Assembly: GCF_002113885.1 (NCBI RefSeq)
Contig: NW_018480059.1
Span: forward strand, 302,295 to 366,294
Direction: 5' to 3'
Source of the DNA: Mizuhopecten yessoensis
Lineage: Eukaryota
Length of the DNA: 64,000 bases
The notes below the pieces were generated by a model. That model worked only from the letters and a program-made list of their open reading frames with translations, had not been told where the DNA came from and searched no databases. The position numbers and the translations under genes are program-made. Every line of letters begins with the position of its first letter. Position 1 is the first letter of the stretch. Below, in pieces: positions 49,701 to 63,257 of this stretch.

Positions 49701-52700
49701 CAGAACAGTTTGTCAAAATACATGCAGACTCTGAGGAAGAAACTTGGAAAAAGACAAACACCCAAAACCCATTTCTCAACTTTATCCAGCAACTCAATCT
49801 TTTCTTCAACAAGGATAGGGAGGACATATCTCTGACAGCTTTCAACAAGAGTTGTGTAGCTGTGCAGACTGACTCATCCTATACAGTCTCATTTAGTGTT
49901 AAATGTGAGTACATACCTATCCTAGATTATCTCCTTAAGTGTTACATGTGAGTACAGACCTATCCTAGATAATCTCATTCAGTGTTAAATGTGAGTACAG
50001 ACCTATAACCTACTAGCTAGATAATCTCCTTCAGTGTTTAATATGAGTGAAGACCTGTCCTAGATTTCTTACAGTGTTAAATATGTAAAATATGAGTATA
50101 GATCCGTCCTATATAATCTTCATCAGTGTTAAATGTGAGTAAAGACTTGTCCTTCAGAAACTACTTCAGTGTTAAATGTGAGTATAGATCCGTCCTATAT
50201 AATCTTCATCAGTGGCAAATGTGAGTAAAGACTTGTCCTTCAGAATCTACTTCAGTGTTAAATGTGAGTATAGATCTGTCCTATATAATCTTCATCAGTG
50301 TTAAATGTGAGTATAGATCCGTCCTATATAATCTACTTCAGTGTTAAATGTGAGTATAGACCTGTCCTTCAGAATCTACTTCAGTGTTAAATGTGAGTAT
50401 AGACCTGTCCTTTAGAGTCTCATTCAGTGTTAAAAGTGAGTATAAACCTGTCCTTTAGAGTCTCATTCAGTGTTAAAAGTGAGTATAAACCTGTCCTTAA
50501 GAGTCTCATTCAGTGATAAATATGAGTATAGACCTGTCCTTCAGAATCTACTTCAGTGTTAAAAGTGAGTATAGACCTGTCCTTTAGAGTCTCATTCAGT
50601 GATAAATGTGAGTATAGACATGTGCTTTAGAGTCTCATTCAGTGTTAAATGTGAGTATAGACCTGTCCTTAAGAGTCTCATTCAGTGTTAAATGTGAGTA
50701 TTGACCTGTCCTTTAGAGTCTCATTCAGTGATAAATGTGAGGACTGAACTATCCAGTATAATCTCCTTCAGTGTTAAATGTGAGTATGTGTTACATTCTG
50801 AGTTGATGTATACTCCTAGTTAGACTTTGAATATATATGTGAGTGCGGGCCAAATTTATATATAGATGCATTGTCTCTTTCTGTTTGAGTACAGACCATT
50901 TCTATGCCTTCCCAAATTAACTACAGGGTCAAAAGGGCACTCATGTTTGACAGACATTTTGTAGTTATTTCACAAATGGTACACTCTTTCATGTCTTGTA
51001 GTATGCTTAATGTGAGTAAAGACTAAATTAATATTGCAGAAAATGTTTTTGTTTTCAGATGTTGAACTGTGGTACGTAGCATACCTAGCTGCAGGCATTG
51101 TCATCTTTCTGTCAGCAAAAAGCTGGAGCCAGTAAGTGTGAAAGCATAATTTAAGGATCTTTTGTTACTACTTCTCAAAATATGTATCAATAATTTTGAA
51201 ATTATTTGCATTCAGGAATAGCCATTATGTATAAAATCATGTGTGTAAGGGAACTTTCTTTTCATATGCACTTTTTAAAGGGTGAAGGATGGTATGATTA
51301 TGCCAGTGTTACAGTAACAGATACCTACACTACAGTACAGGTGTAACCATCAGTGTAATAACCTCCATTGTTTACCTGTTACAGTAACAGATACCTACAC
51401 TACAGTACAGGTGTAACCATCAGTGTAATAACCTCCATTGTTTACCTGTTACAGTAACAGATACCTACACTACAGTACAGGTGTAACCATCAGTGTAATA
51501 ACCTCCATTGTTTACCTGTTACAGTAACAGATACCTACACTACAGTACAGGTGTAACCATCAGTGTAATAACCTCCATTGTTTACCTGTTACAGTAACAG
51601 ATACCTACACTACAGTACAGGTGTAACCATCAGTGTAATAACCTCCATTGTTTACCTGTTACAGTAACAGATACCTACACTACAGTACAGGTGTAACCAT
51701 CAGTGTAATAACCTCCATTGTTTACCTGTTACAGTAACAGATACCTACACTACAGTACAGGTGTAACCATCAGTGTAATAACCTCCATTGTTTACCTGTT
51801 ACAGTAACAGATACCTACACTACAGTACAGGTGTAACCATCAGTGTAATAACCTCCATTGTTTACCTGTTACAGTAACAGATACCTACACTACAGTACAG
51901 GTGTAACCATCAGTGTAATAACATACATTGTTTACCTGTTACAGTAACAGATACCTACACTACAGTACAGGTGTAACCATCAGTGTAATAACCTCCATTG
52001 TTTACCTGTTACAGTAACAGATACCTACACTACAGTACAGGTGTAACCATCAGTGTAATAACCTCCATTGTTTACCTGTTACAGTAACAGATACCTACAC
52101 TACAGTACAGGTGTAACCATCAGTGTAATAACCTCCATTGTTTACCTGTTACAGTAACAGATACCTACACTACAGTACAGGTGTAACCATCAGTGTAATA
52201 ACCTCCATTGTTTACCTGTTACAGTAACAGATACCTACACTACAGTACAGGTGTAACCATCAGTGTAATAACCTCCATTGTTTACCTGTTACAGTAACAG
52301 ATACCTACACTACAGTACAGGTGTAACCATCAGTGTAATAACCTCCATTGTTTACCTGTTACAGTAACAGATACCTACACTACAGTACAGGTGTAACCAT
52401 CAGTGTAATAACCTCCATTGTTTACCTGTTACAGTAACAGATACCTACACTACAGTACAGGTGTAACCATCAGTGTAATAACCTCCATTGTTTACCTGTT
52501 ACAGTAACAGATACCTACACTACAGTACAGGTGTAACCATCAGTGTAATAACCTCCATTGTTTACCTGTTACAGTAACAGATACCTACACTACAGTACAG
52601 GTGTAACCATCAGTGTAATAACCTCCATTGTTTACCTGTTACAGTAACAGATACCTACACTACAGTACAGGTGTAACCATCAGTGTAATAACCTCCATTG

Positions 52701-55700
52701 TTTACCTGTTACAGTAACAGATACCTACACTACAGTACAGGTGTAACCATCAGTGTAATAACCTCCATTGTTTACCTGTTACAGTAACAGATACCTACAC
52801 TACAGTACAGGTGTAACCATCAGTGTAATAACATACATTGTTTACCTGTTACAGTAACAGATACCTACACTACAGTACAGGTGTAACCATCAGTGTAATA
52901 ACCTACATTGTTTACCTGTTACAGTAACAGATACCTACACTACAGTACAGGTGTAACCATCAGTGTAATAACCTCCATTGTTTACCTGTTACAGTAACAG
53001 ATACCTACACTACAGTACAGGTGTAACCATCAGTGTAATAACCTCCATTGTTTACCTGTTGCAGTAACAGATACCTACACTACAGTACAGGTGTAACCAT
53101 CAGTGTAATAACCTTCATTGTTTACCTGTGTTACAGTAACAGATACCTACACTACAGTACAGGTGTAACCATCAGTGTAATAACCTTCATTGTTTACCTG
53201 TGTTACAGTAACAGATACCTACACTACAGTACAGGTGTAACCATCAGTGTAATAACCTTCATTGTTTACCTGTGTTACAGTAACAGATACCTACACTACA
53301 GTACAGGTGTAACCATCAGTGTAATAACCTTCATTGTTTACCTGTGTTACAGTAACAGATACCTACACTACAGTACAGGTGTATCTATTGGTGTGATGGC
53401 TTCCATCATTTTCCTGCTGATTTTCCTAAGAAAACTGTTTCCACAGGTAAATTAAATATTCATTAATCAAATATATGTCTGAATAAAGAAAAAGGTTAAA
53501 AAGTGACAGTAATTATTTATGATGATATTTACCCTTTGGATATTTTAAACATTGGTTCATAGTCCAAGTAAACAGTGTGAATTTCTTCTGACAATGAAAG
53601 ACTGCATTTATAGTAAAGGTTGTTTACAAAGAACAAGTTTTTGTAAGTATGTGGGATTTTTAACTCACCTGGTCTCCATGACTGGTGAACTTATGTCATG
53701 GTAAAGCATCTGTCACCTGTCTATTGTCAGCTTTTCATTTTGAAACCTCTTTGGGTTCTCTTCCTTCATCGTTGCATGAAAACATTTGAGATCCCCATGA
53801 ATATTATTGCAAGGCATAAAGATATTAACATGCTCATGCTACAAGGATTGGTGCAGGAGTCCAGAACCACCCATGGATACTTACTTCTTGGGTCATAAAC
53901 AAGAACAAAATTAAATATCCACATTATGATTATGAATAAAATTGCTGGGCATGAATAAATGAATGTCAACACTTCTGCTACTAAGATTGACCCAATCACC
54001 TAGCCTGGTCCCATGGGCTTACTGTCTGGGTTATAATATGGAAACAGTTGAGATCCCCATCCAACAGCCGCATATAAAACTGCTGAAGAAATGAATGCAC
54101 TCAAGTCCTTGGTGTTTTGCTTTCCCCTCTGGATTAAGTCCTTGTCACAGCTGATATTTATTGCATTGTTTTTTAAATCAAAATTTTAAAAATCACAAAT
54201 TTCAGATGAGCTATTAAACCCCCTGGACCTCTTGTCATGTATACTTACAATAGTATAATGTAACAAATAATACTTATAACAGGAAACAATGTTTGAGTCT
54301 CATGGTTGATGATTTATGTTTTGTTTTATTATTCTTGTATATGTTGCCGTGTTACAGAGCCTTCGAAGGATCAGCTACGTCATGATTGCAGCTGCCACAT
54401 CGACGTCACTCTGGTTCTGGACCTATTTTATGAAACAGATGTTTGACCCAATCACAAGCACGCTGATCCAATATTGGCAATACATCCTTGGCTATGTCAT
54501 TGTTACGGGCCTCATAAGTTTCTGTGCCTGCTACAGATACGGTCCAGTGACCGATACCCGCAGCCTTAACCTCATACAGTGGTTTATACAATTGGTTTCC
54601 CTCATTCTTGTTTACCAGGGGACGCAGATACCTGAGTTATCTGTGGCCATCATTGTTGTGTTACTGACACTCTACAATATACCAAAAGGATTTTACAGGA
54701 ATAGATTAACATACTATCTCAGGTTAGTGGATATGTTATACATGTATTACTAAAATAGATTTACAATTGATTTTCATTGCTAGCATTGTTTTAATGGTAA
54801 AGTAGATAATAACTGCTTTCTTAGATTTAATTCATATTTTTATAACATTTAAGCCTGCTACAGATCCCTTGTTTTTACATTGTATTTTGTGCCCAATGAA
54901 ATATGGTAATATTTAGTATAATTTCTCTTCAATTTAGTGCATCAAATATAGTCTTTAAAGATATATTTCAGACTTATTAATATAAATCAACTTGGCATGA
55001 TTCAGGTTTAAGTTTTTCACACCGAAGCGTAAGTTTCTGACGGAAGATGAGTATATCAAGCAGGCAAACGAGGAAACCACAAAGGCACTAGAGGAGCTCC
55101 GCAGCTTCTGTCAGAGTCCTAAATGTGATACATGGAAGGTCGTCAGTCACCTGTCCACACCTTTAAAGTAAGAATCTGTACACATACACCCCTTCCTGTC
55201 ATTATTAATATTCCTTAGCACAGACTGATAAACATCTGGCAAAAGTCATTTTCTGGAGATTTATTTCTTAATTTGAGTGTTTCTGTTTTCATTTTTGTGT
55301 GTGTCTTAGTGGTTAAGATGAAGTTGAATGCAATTGGCCATTTTGGCTGTTGTATAGTAATCACAGTTGGCTATTTTTCTATAAAATGATGAGATTTACC
55401 ACTGGTCTATATTTAAGCATTAAACTGTATTGATGTGGCATTTACAGTCTATATGAATGACACTGTTTTGTAGGAAAACATCATAATGTGCACTAGCACA
55501 TTATGCATATCAGAGACCTAAATATAATCCACTGCATTAAAACTGCTAACAAATAGCTAATACATGTACATTGTATTTCTACTCCAATACCCGATGCTAA
55601 CATGTCCATAATGTTGAAAACTAAACTATGCCAAGTTTAATGAAATTGATTCAGGCTAGACAATATGGTTTCACTTCAGAAAAAATCCACAGATCTTAAT

Positions 55701-56354
55701 TGTTTATTGATGTTTTAAAACTGTTAGCAGCTGAACACAACATATTGTTGTATTTCCCAGGCTATAATGTTCAGCAAGTTTACTTTGAACTTTTGTTGAA
55801 CAGATGTTCAAGTAAGTTGAAAAGGCATTGATTGTTGGGTTTGTCAGATTTGGTAGTAAACAGCCTATCACTTGGAGAAATCCTACAAAGTCAGACATGA
55901 GATGACCTTGTACCGCTCTCACAACATGCATCTTCACTAGATTGATAGAGCGAGGCGGAAATCCTACATAGTCAGACATGAGATGACCTTGTAACGCTCT
56001 CACAACATGCATCTTCACTAGACTGATAGAGAGAGGCGGCTACCTTGTCTATCTGTCATTCTGATGGCAAGAGAGACAGGGGCACAATGACTATTGACAT
56101 GAATTATCGAAACATGTGAGTGTTAAATATAATATAATCATTGATGAAAAAACATGTTCATATAAATGGTAGGTGAACAGAGATGATGACTGCTGAGTTG
56201 TGTTTACAGGTTTGCCAAGTTTGTGGAGGGAGATTCCTGGCACGTTACAGATCAGGAACTACTAGAGTATGACAGTGGGCCTGAACCAACACCTCCGGTC
56301 GATCCAGACTCGTCAGACGAAGATGAAATGGACTTCATACTTAGTTCACAATAG
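46757..56354 (+). CDS. NEMP1: Nuclear envelope integral membrane protein (NEMP family), intact copy B, about 450 aa
   Basis: Exons 46757-46889, 48632-48777, 49670-49904, 51059-51131, 53353-53446, 54358-54722, 55006-55167, 56210-56354; phase-consistent, 1353 nt. Motifs HYSTGVSIGVMAS, YWQYILGYV, SFCACYRYGP, RSLNLIQW, FLTEDEY..Q..EETTKALEELRSFC.SP.CDTWK, RFAKFVEG..HVT. Confidence 0.92.
49905..50790 (+). repeat. About 43-bp tandem array copying the NEMP-B exon 3 end plus donor (about 20 units)
   Basis: Unit GACCTGTCCTTTAGAGTCTCATTCAGTGTTAAAT|GTGAGT versus exon end GACTCATCCTATACAGTCTCATTTAGTGTTAAAT|GTGAGT. Confidence 0.9.
51307..53352 (+). repeat. Tandem array of acceptor plus 5' part of NEMP-B exon 5: 25 x 70 bp and 4 x 72 bp
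   Basis: TT(A/G)CAG acceptors every 70 bp from 51314 to 53064, then every 72 bp to 53352. The unit encodes NRYLHYSTGVTISVITSIVYL versus exon NRYLHYSTGVSIGVMASIIFL. Confidence 0.95.
55879..56039. repeat. 81-bp tandem duplication
   Basis: AATCCTACA.AGTCAGACATGAGATGACCTTG... at 55879 and 55960. Confidence 0.75.
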
Positions 56355-56904
56355 TTTAACTTAATTCCTTTGTATTATAGACATTCATCATCTCACCCAA
56401 ATCACAGTTGATCAGATAAAATAAATTCATCAGACATGTGAACTTCATGAAACCACATCATCATTCCACATCTCATCTTGGTCAGAAAAAGTATTTTGAA
56501 GTGTGTTTATTGAAATGTGAGCTTAATATTAACCTGAAGAGAATGGAACATAATTCCAATGAATTCACATCATTTCAACAGAAGCTAAACATGTTTTTAT
56601 CTTATTTATTTAACTTGACTATAATAGCAGTTAAAATACAGAGTATAACCAAGGGGTAATGTGATGAAAACAAATGTTATACATTTATAAAAAAGCATAT
56701 ATCGAGTGGCTATTTGGCAATGGGGACTGGATGAAGCATAATATATTCAATTTAAATTTCCTTTGTGTACATATTTCTTCCATGTGTTTTGTAAGTGGTG
56801 AGGGTTTGTGTTTGTAAATAGCATGTCAGTGTGTGTGTAAATCATTTCCTCATCATTCCTGGTATGAGTGTCATCCCTAATTTGCATGTATATACCTCAC
56901 CTAG

Positions 56905-57450
56905 CCATTGATGAAATGAGTGCCATGCCTCATGTGTGAATTGTTCACCCTACCATTGACAGAATGAATGTCATGCCTCATGTGTGAATTGTTCACCCTA
57001 CCATTGACAGAATGAATGTCATGCCTCATGTGTGAATTGTTCACCCTACCATTGACAGAATGAATGTCATGCCTCATGTGTGAATTGTTCACCCTACCAT
57101 TGACAGAATGAATGTCATGCCTCATGTGTGAATTGTTCACCCTACCATTGACAGAATGAATGTCATGCCTCATGTGTGAATTGTTCACCCTACCATTGAC
57201 AGAATGAATGTCATGCCTCATGTGTGAATTGTTCACCCTACCATTGACAGAATGAATGTCATGCCTCATGTGTGAATTGTTCACCCTACCATTGACAAAA
57301 TGAGTGTCATGCCTCATGTTTGAATTGTTCACCCTACCATTGACAGAATGAGTGTCATGCCTCACGTGTGAATTGTTCACCCTACCATTGACAGAATGAG
57401 AGTCATGCCTCATGTGTGAATTGTTCACCCTACCATTGACAGAATGAGTG
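56905..57450. repeat. 48-bp minisatellite, about 11 copies, downstream of the NEMP-B stop
   Basis: Unit CCATTGACAGAATGAATGTCATGCCTCATGTGTGAATTGTTCACCCTA. Confidence 0.9.
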
Positions 57451-59947
57451 TCTTTGCTTTAGATTTAACATTGATAGAACGTTCAAAAGACTAGTGATAG
57501 AATGAGTATTATCCCTAAATTTATATGTAAATAACTTGGTGATCTTACATTTAATGCAATGTAAGAACATATGCCATGGTTCAGTATCCATCGTCTGCCT
57601 GGCTTTTTTTCTTTCCCACTCCCCAGTCCCCCTGCTACTTAACTAGTAAGTTGGTACTCTGGAATCAGTCCTTCTGTCAGTCAGTTTATCACTTTGCCAG
57701 GGACATATTCCGTATACTCTGTCATACACAAACACTAACTTTGAATGCAAGTACTTCTTGGGAGTGTCACATACTCAAATCTATTTTCATGTCCCGTTAT
57801 TTACAGTTGTAGCTCTTTGTTACTTATGTATCACTTTGTCTTGTTAGGTATATTGGATACACATATACTCTGTCACATGTAATTGCCAAATTTTGTATGG
57901 GAGTACCTCTTTGGATAGGGAAATGTCATTTTAAAACCAGGTCTTGTGTCCCTCTATAACAGTTATGTCCCTTTGTTTATTTTTGATACTCAAGTTTGTC
58001 CCGATGTGATTGACTATGCATTGCTCTAATTCTTTGCTTTGTTTCTATAACTGCATGGTTTCACTGGATTTAAGGTGATGCTCGTAACTTAAGTTACCAC
58101 TACCACAATATGGTAGGCACAAATTCAAGTGAGTTTGCACACAATCCATTTGGAACTACACATACCGTATACAATTATTTAAATGTAGCCATTGAGCACA
58201 TATTTGTTTCGGATCATGGTAAGATGTGCTTGAGGATAAAGGCTTCTTCAACACACACTCACTCCAGAGTTTTGAAAAATGTAAAGCTTCTAAGGAATAA
58301 TTGTTTAGAAAAGAAAGAGTGCTGTACAAGTGTTGTATAATGACAATAACGATATTGCTGTGGTTGTGAAAAAATGGAGTTAAATTCATGTTTCCAAAGT
58401 CTTTAAAATTGAATCTCATATTTGTGTAAATTGACACAGCGACTCTGATCAATGTAGTGGTTGGGGAATAGTTTGGAGCACAACTCTAAAAATTAAGTGA
58501 TTTCATTGCATTTGGTTTGATAAATGAAGGAATCAACCCAAACACTATAAACTATCTAGTTCCTTTATTTTCAGAAATTTTCAGAAAAAAACCCATTTCT
58601 TTCTATTTTCTTGTTGGAAATTGGTTTCATTGAAGTTCTGTATATTTTTGCAGTTTTTTGTTATTGACTAGTATAGAGTTGATAATTCTTAAGTATTCTG
58701 TCACAATAAATGAGAGTTTGTTACCAAAGTCACTCCTGTATGTACTGCAATGCACTTACATCAGGCAAGTATTATGTGCTGGTATCATTTTGGGTACATA
58801 AGATGTGTTGTGTTGATTTTCAAAGGAATAAACTTATCATTTTTAATTTCCTAACTTGTTATTTTCCTTATGAGCTTCTTAGTTGTTGTGGATTGAAATC
58901 ACTTACTTATTTTCAGATATTTTATAGCAAAAGAAAAAAAAGATCATCCCTGGGCTTAAGAATGTATTTGTTGCATAAATTCCCCCCTCCCCATCTTTAG
59001 TGGTGGAGGGGCGTGTACAAAAAAAAAGAGGAAATGTTAGTGGAGGTTAATCTCCAGAAGTACCTGAAGTACCTCATTTTGCTTGGAGCATCCCTGGACC
59101 AAATGAATTCAATGTTGTACAAAGAAGGCTTTAGTCTCCCTGGTTGCAGAAGGGGGATGCCGAATAGGAAAAATTGTAGTTAATCTTTAAAATACAACCA
59201 ATTAGTTGGCCAATGGTAACCACACTTTATAAGAATATATTGCTCACATGGTCCTGATCACGTGCTACTATTTCTCGAATTGATCATATATCCAAAATGG
59301 CCACCCTGTCCTCTGATTGGTCAAAACTTTTAATCAATAATTCAACCAGATCAAACCCAGCCAGCTTGTTACATAGAAATGCATGTTAGCAAAATGATTG
59401 CTGCACTGGAAAAGTTTTAACACCAAAATAGGTGACAATGACCTTTGATTTTCTAACACCAAAATCTTAGGTTTTCCTAATAAATACCAATGGGTATAGT
59501 CATCCAATGGAATGACAAGGTCCAAGATTGGTCATTCTCGCACCTCAGACAGAGATATCCCACGTTATACCCCATGCTTGATTTGTCTATCTGGTCCGAT
59601 CTGTCTTGTACCTTTACGTGACATTTCGCGGAATTTTTACACTGCAATTTATTCAAACGCACGTAAACTGCTTGAAATTGACAATTTGCATTATAAATGT
59701 TCTATTTTGTCGTTATATGTATAGTTTTGATGTTGTTAGATATTTAATGTTGTAGATAAAATATGATCTACACTGTGAAATACATTGTTATCTATGTAAG
59801 GACGGACTACATTTTTACGCGGAAGCATTCAAATGTAGCTTTAGTAGTGAAGAGGTCATTATCATTTGAGGCCCAATTGAATACTTGTAGTTTTTAGCAA
59901 AATTGAATAGTTCTTTTCGAACTAAAAGGTCTGAGGAAAAAAATCAA

Positions 59948-60094
59948 TTACCTGTAACTGAGCGAGATTGGGTTATCTCAGTCTCGAGGTTAGATTCTGT
60001 AACATCCCAACCTCGGCTTCCGCCTCGGTCGGGATTTTGTTATAGAATCTTAACCCTCGACTGAGATAACCCAATCTCGCTCAGTTACAGGTAA
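59948..60094. mobile_element. Palindromic foldback repeat (MITE-like)
   Basis: TTACCTGTAACTGAGCGAGATTGGGTTATCTCAGTC ... GACTGAGATAACCCAATCTCGCTCAGTTACAGGTAA, perfect outer arms. Confidence 0.75.
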
Positions 60095-61649
60095 AAGATT
60101 TTATTATTAGCTCACCTGGTCCGAANCTGGATAAAAAACATTGATAGTTGAACGTTTTCACCTCAAACCTAAACAGGGTTTAATCCACTTGTCTGCATAA
60201 TGTAAAGATTAATTTAATACTATATTTGGAAAAACATGTTAACAAGGAAATGACTGACCTTTTCACCTCCAAATCAGTAGGATTTCTTCCTTCCTCCATT
60301 TCTAACTACAATCACAACTTAAATCAATCCCATTGCCATTAACAATGTTATTTCATTCCTAATTTTTGATGCCATGTTTTGACCACATTCTTTAAATTCT
60401 GTGATAACTGCTATGATCTCAAAAATTTCTGGAAATGAATGGGGGGGGGGGGGAATAGTTGACTTTTGTATCTGCTTCATAAAATTAATAACTTATATAT
60501 ATTTTTGGATGACAACGAAATGTTCTGAATGTTTTTTGAGCCTGGAAATGATTTTTAGCCCAATGGGTGATCATTGACATTTTGACCTCAAATTACTGTA
60601 ATGAAAAACTTTCCTTTACTGATCCTCCTTCTGGTTTAGTTGAACAGTAAAGAGTATAAGCAGAAGAACTCTCAGAGACCTACAATATTTTTGAAGGTGA
60701 CTTGAGTGAAGTATTACAATTTTGTAACAGAGACTTGTAGCAAGAAAGAAGAATGTAACAAGCTGCCAGAATTTTGGAACCTGTGTCACCGCCCATTACT
60801 GTGCTAGTGGTCATCTGCAATTGACCAGTCCACTTCTGCCATATTTCTCCCTCCTGCATCAAAGTCTTTGACCTTCTGTTCCAGTACCACACACGTGATA
60901 TGTGTAGATGTAGGGTTACATTTAGTCTGTTTAGATAAATTTGACATTGACCAACTTATTTTATATATATGAAAGTTACAGATGTATTCGAGGTATGTGT
61001 GGGCAGGAAGAATATTAAAAAATACATTAATTCCACAAATCACCAAAAATGAACCATGGCACCATGATCATGAATGATAGGCGATGAACAATCAGGATGG
61101 GGTGTTGTCAAAGCAGACATGTTAAAAATATAATACAAAAGACATTATTAATTATGGAACAGCCAATTAAAACATAATACAGTGATTTACGTTTAATTGA
61201 GGTTAAGCACATGTTGTATATCAATTCGACTATGAAGGCATTGTTTATGAATAGAAAAAGCAACGTGACCAGATTCCTTAATATTATTTCTCGGAAAGAA
61301 ACGTGTCTGTATCCTTAAAGTTACGCGCGTCAAATTCTACAGGCTTATTAGAGTTATGTCCCTTTAAACACATGTGCAAGATCCTGAAACAACCGTAATC
61401 CGTGCTAAAGAATTAATATCCTTTATATAATGTGTTTATTCTAGTGCGATATTTATTTCATTTTCGTCTAGAAACGCTAGTCGTCAAAACACTTGAGTTA
61501 AAAATCAAACCTGATATTTTTCTAGCCCAGCAACACATCTAGCCTAGAATAAGACTTGCATATGTGTCGGAAATAACAGCATAGCCGTTTTACTTACACT
61601 TTCAATATTGGGTAATGACGAAATAGTAACAAAATATATTGACACAAAT

Positions 61650-63257
61650 ATGGCAATGGAACTGACTTTCCTGGGGACGGGATCTGCATATCCATCGCCT
61701 ACCAGAGGAGCGTCATGTATAGCACTTCGATTAGGTAAGTCTGAACCCTTCCTCTACCATTGCCATTCAGACTATATATACTCTCCCCTATCACAGGGAT
61801 TACCTGTATATCACACAGACTAGGTAAGTTTGTACCCTCCCCTATCACTGGGATTACCTGTATACCACACAGACTAGGTAAGTTTGTACCCTCCCCTATC
61901 ACAGGGACTACCTGTATACCACACAGACTAGGTAAGTATATACCCTCCCCTATCATAGGGATTACCTGTATACCACACAGACTAGATAAGTATATTCCCT
62001 CCCCTATCACTGGGATTACCTGTATACCACACAAGACTAGGTAAGTATATACCCTCCCCTATCATAGGGATTACCTGTATACCACACAGACTAGGTAAGT
62101 GTGTACCCTCCCCTATCACAGGGATTACCTGGATACCACACAGACTAGGTAAGTGTGTACCCTCCCCTATCACAGGGATTACCTGGATACCACACAGACT
62201 AGGTAAGTGTGTACCCTCCCCTATCACAGGGATTACCTGTTTACCACACAGACTAGATAAGTATATACCCTCCCTTATCACAGGGATTACCTGTATACCA
62301 CACAGACTAGATAAGTATATACCCTCCCTTATCACAGGGATTACCGGTATACCACACAGACTAGGTAAGTATATACCCTCCCCTATCACAGGGATTACCT
62401 GTATACCACACAGACTAGGTAAGTGTGTACCCTCCCCTATCACAGGGATTACCTATATACCACATAGACTAGATAATTATATACCCTCCCCTATCACAGG
62501 GATTACCTGTATACCACACAGACTAGGTAAGTATATACCCTCCCCTATCACAGGGATTACCTGTATACAACACAGACTAATTCTATCTCCAGAAGTCAAT
62601 TGTGTGGTCAGTGATGTTTTTCGCTCACTTTTAGAGCCAAATACAGGCTGTTTCCTTTAGCTAAAAAGTGCCTGATTTTTCAAAAATGACAAAAAATGAG
62701 GAATATATTACCAATTTCAATAAAAATAATGCAATATTTTCCCATTTCTTAAAGGAACAGGCTGTTGTAAAATTTAGTTAAAAAAACACTGATGTCTCTT
62801 AACCCTATTTTTATTGAGATCCAATATCTTTACAGCATGGTTAGGGTTCTACCTCAGCAGTTCCTTTATGATTTGAATGTTATGAAGTTCTTATCAGAAT
62901 TTTTGAGAGGACTTGTACATGTGTTGATAGTATATTACATAATTGTTAACATTTTCAGTGATTTTATCATAAACTGGATGTACATGTACCAAGGTCAGGC
63001 AGTATTGTTGTCTGTACATGGACATATAAGTATGTCTACATGTAGCATTAAGAATTATGATTAACTAGTATTATTGATACCTTGTAAACATATCATATCG
63101 CCCCTTCCAATTGTTGTGTATACCTAATGGTGTTTCAGAGGAGGCTGGTGTATGGCTTTTTGACTGTGGAGAAGGATCACAAGTACAGGTCATGAAAAGT
63201 AATGTAAAACCAGGAAAAGTTGCTAAAATTTTCATCACTCATCTCCATGGAGACCAT
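61650..63257 (+). CDS. ELAC1: Ribonuclease Z short form (zinc phosphodiesterase ELAC1), first two exons
   Basis: Exon 61650-61734 ([28 protein letters not shown]) and exon 63139-63257 ([12 protein letters not shown]...[11 protein letters not shown]); phase-consistent; continues beyond the window. Confidence 0.92.
61780..62580 (+). repeat. About 57-bp tandem array copying the ELAC1 exon 1 end plus donor (about 14 units)
   Basis: Unit TACCCTCCCCTATCACAGGGATTACCTGTATACCACACAGACTAG|GTAAGT ([16 protein letters not shown]) versus exon [15 protein letters not shown]|GTAAGT. Confidence 0.85.

Noticed and set aside
51307-53352. CRISPR-like appearance of the regular arrays (also at 15.5 kb, 50 kb, 57 kb and 62 kb)
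   Set aside because: The units are head-to-tail with no unique spacers, no cas genes are present, and the context is eukaryotic and intronic
56901-57428. His/Asn-rich 175-aa ORF
   Set aside because: Translation of a 48-bp minisatellite; no splice or start context
60680-61046. Minus-strand ORFs upstream of ELAC1 as a divergent gene
   Set aside because: No recognisable motifs or consistent splice structure
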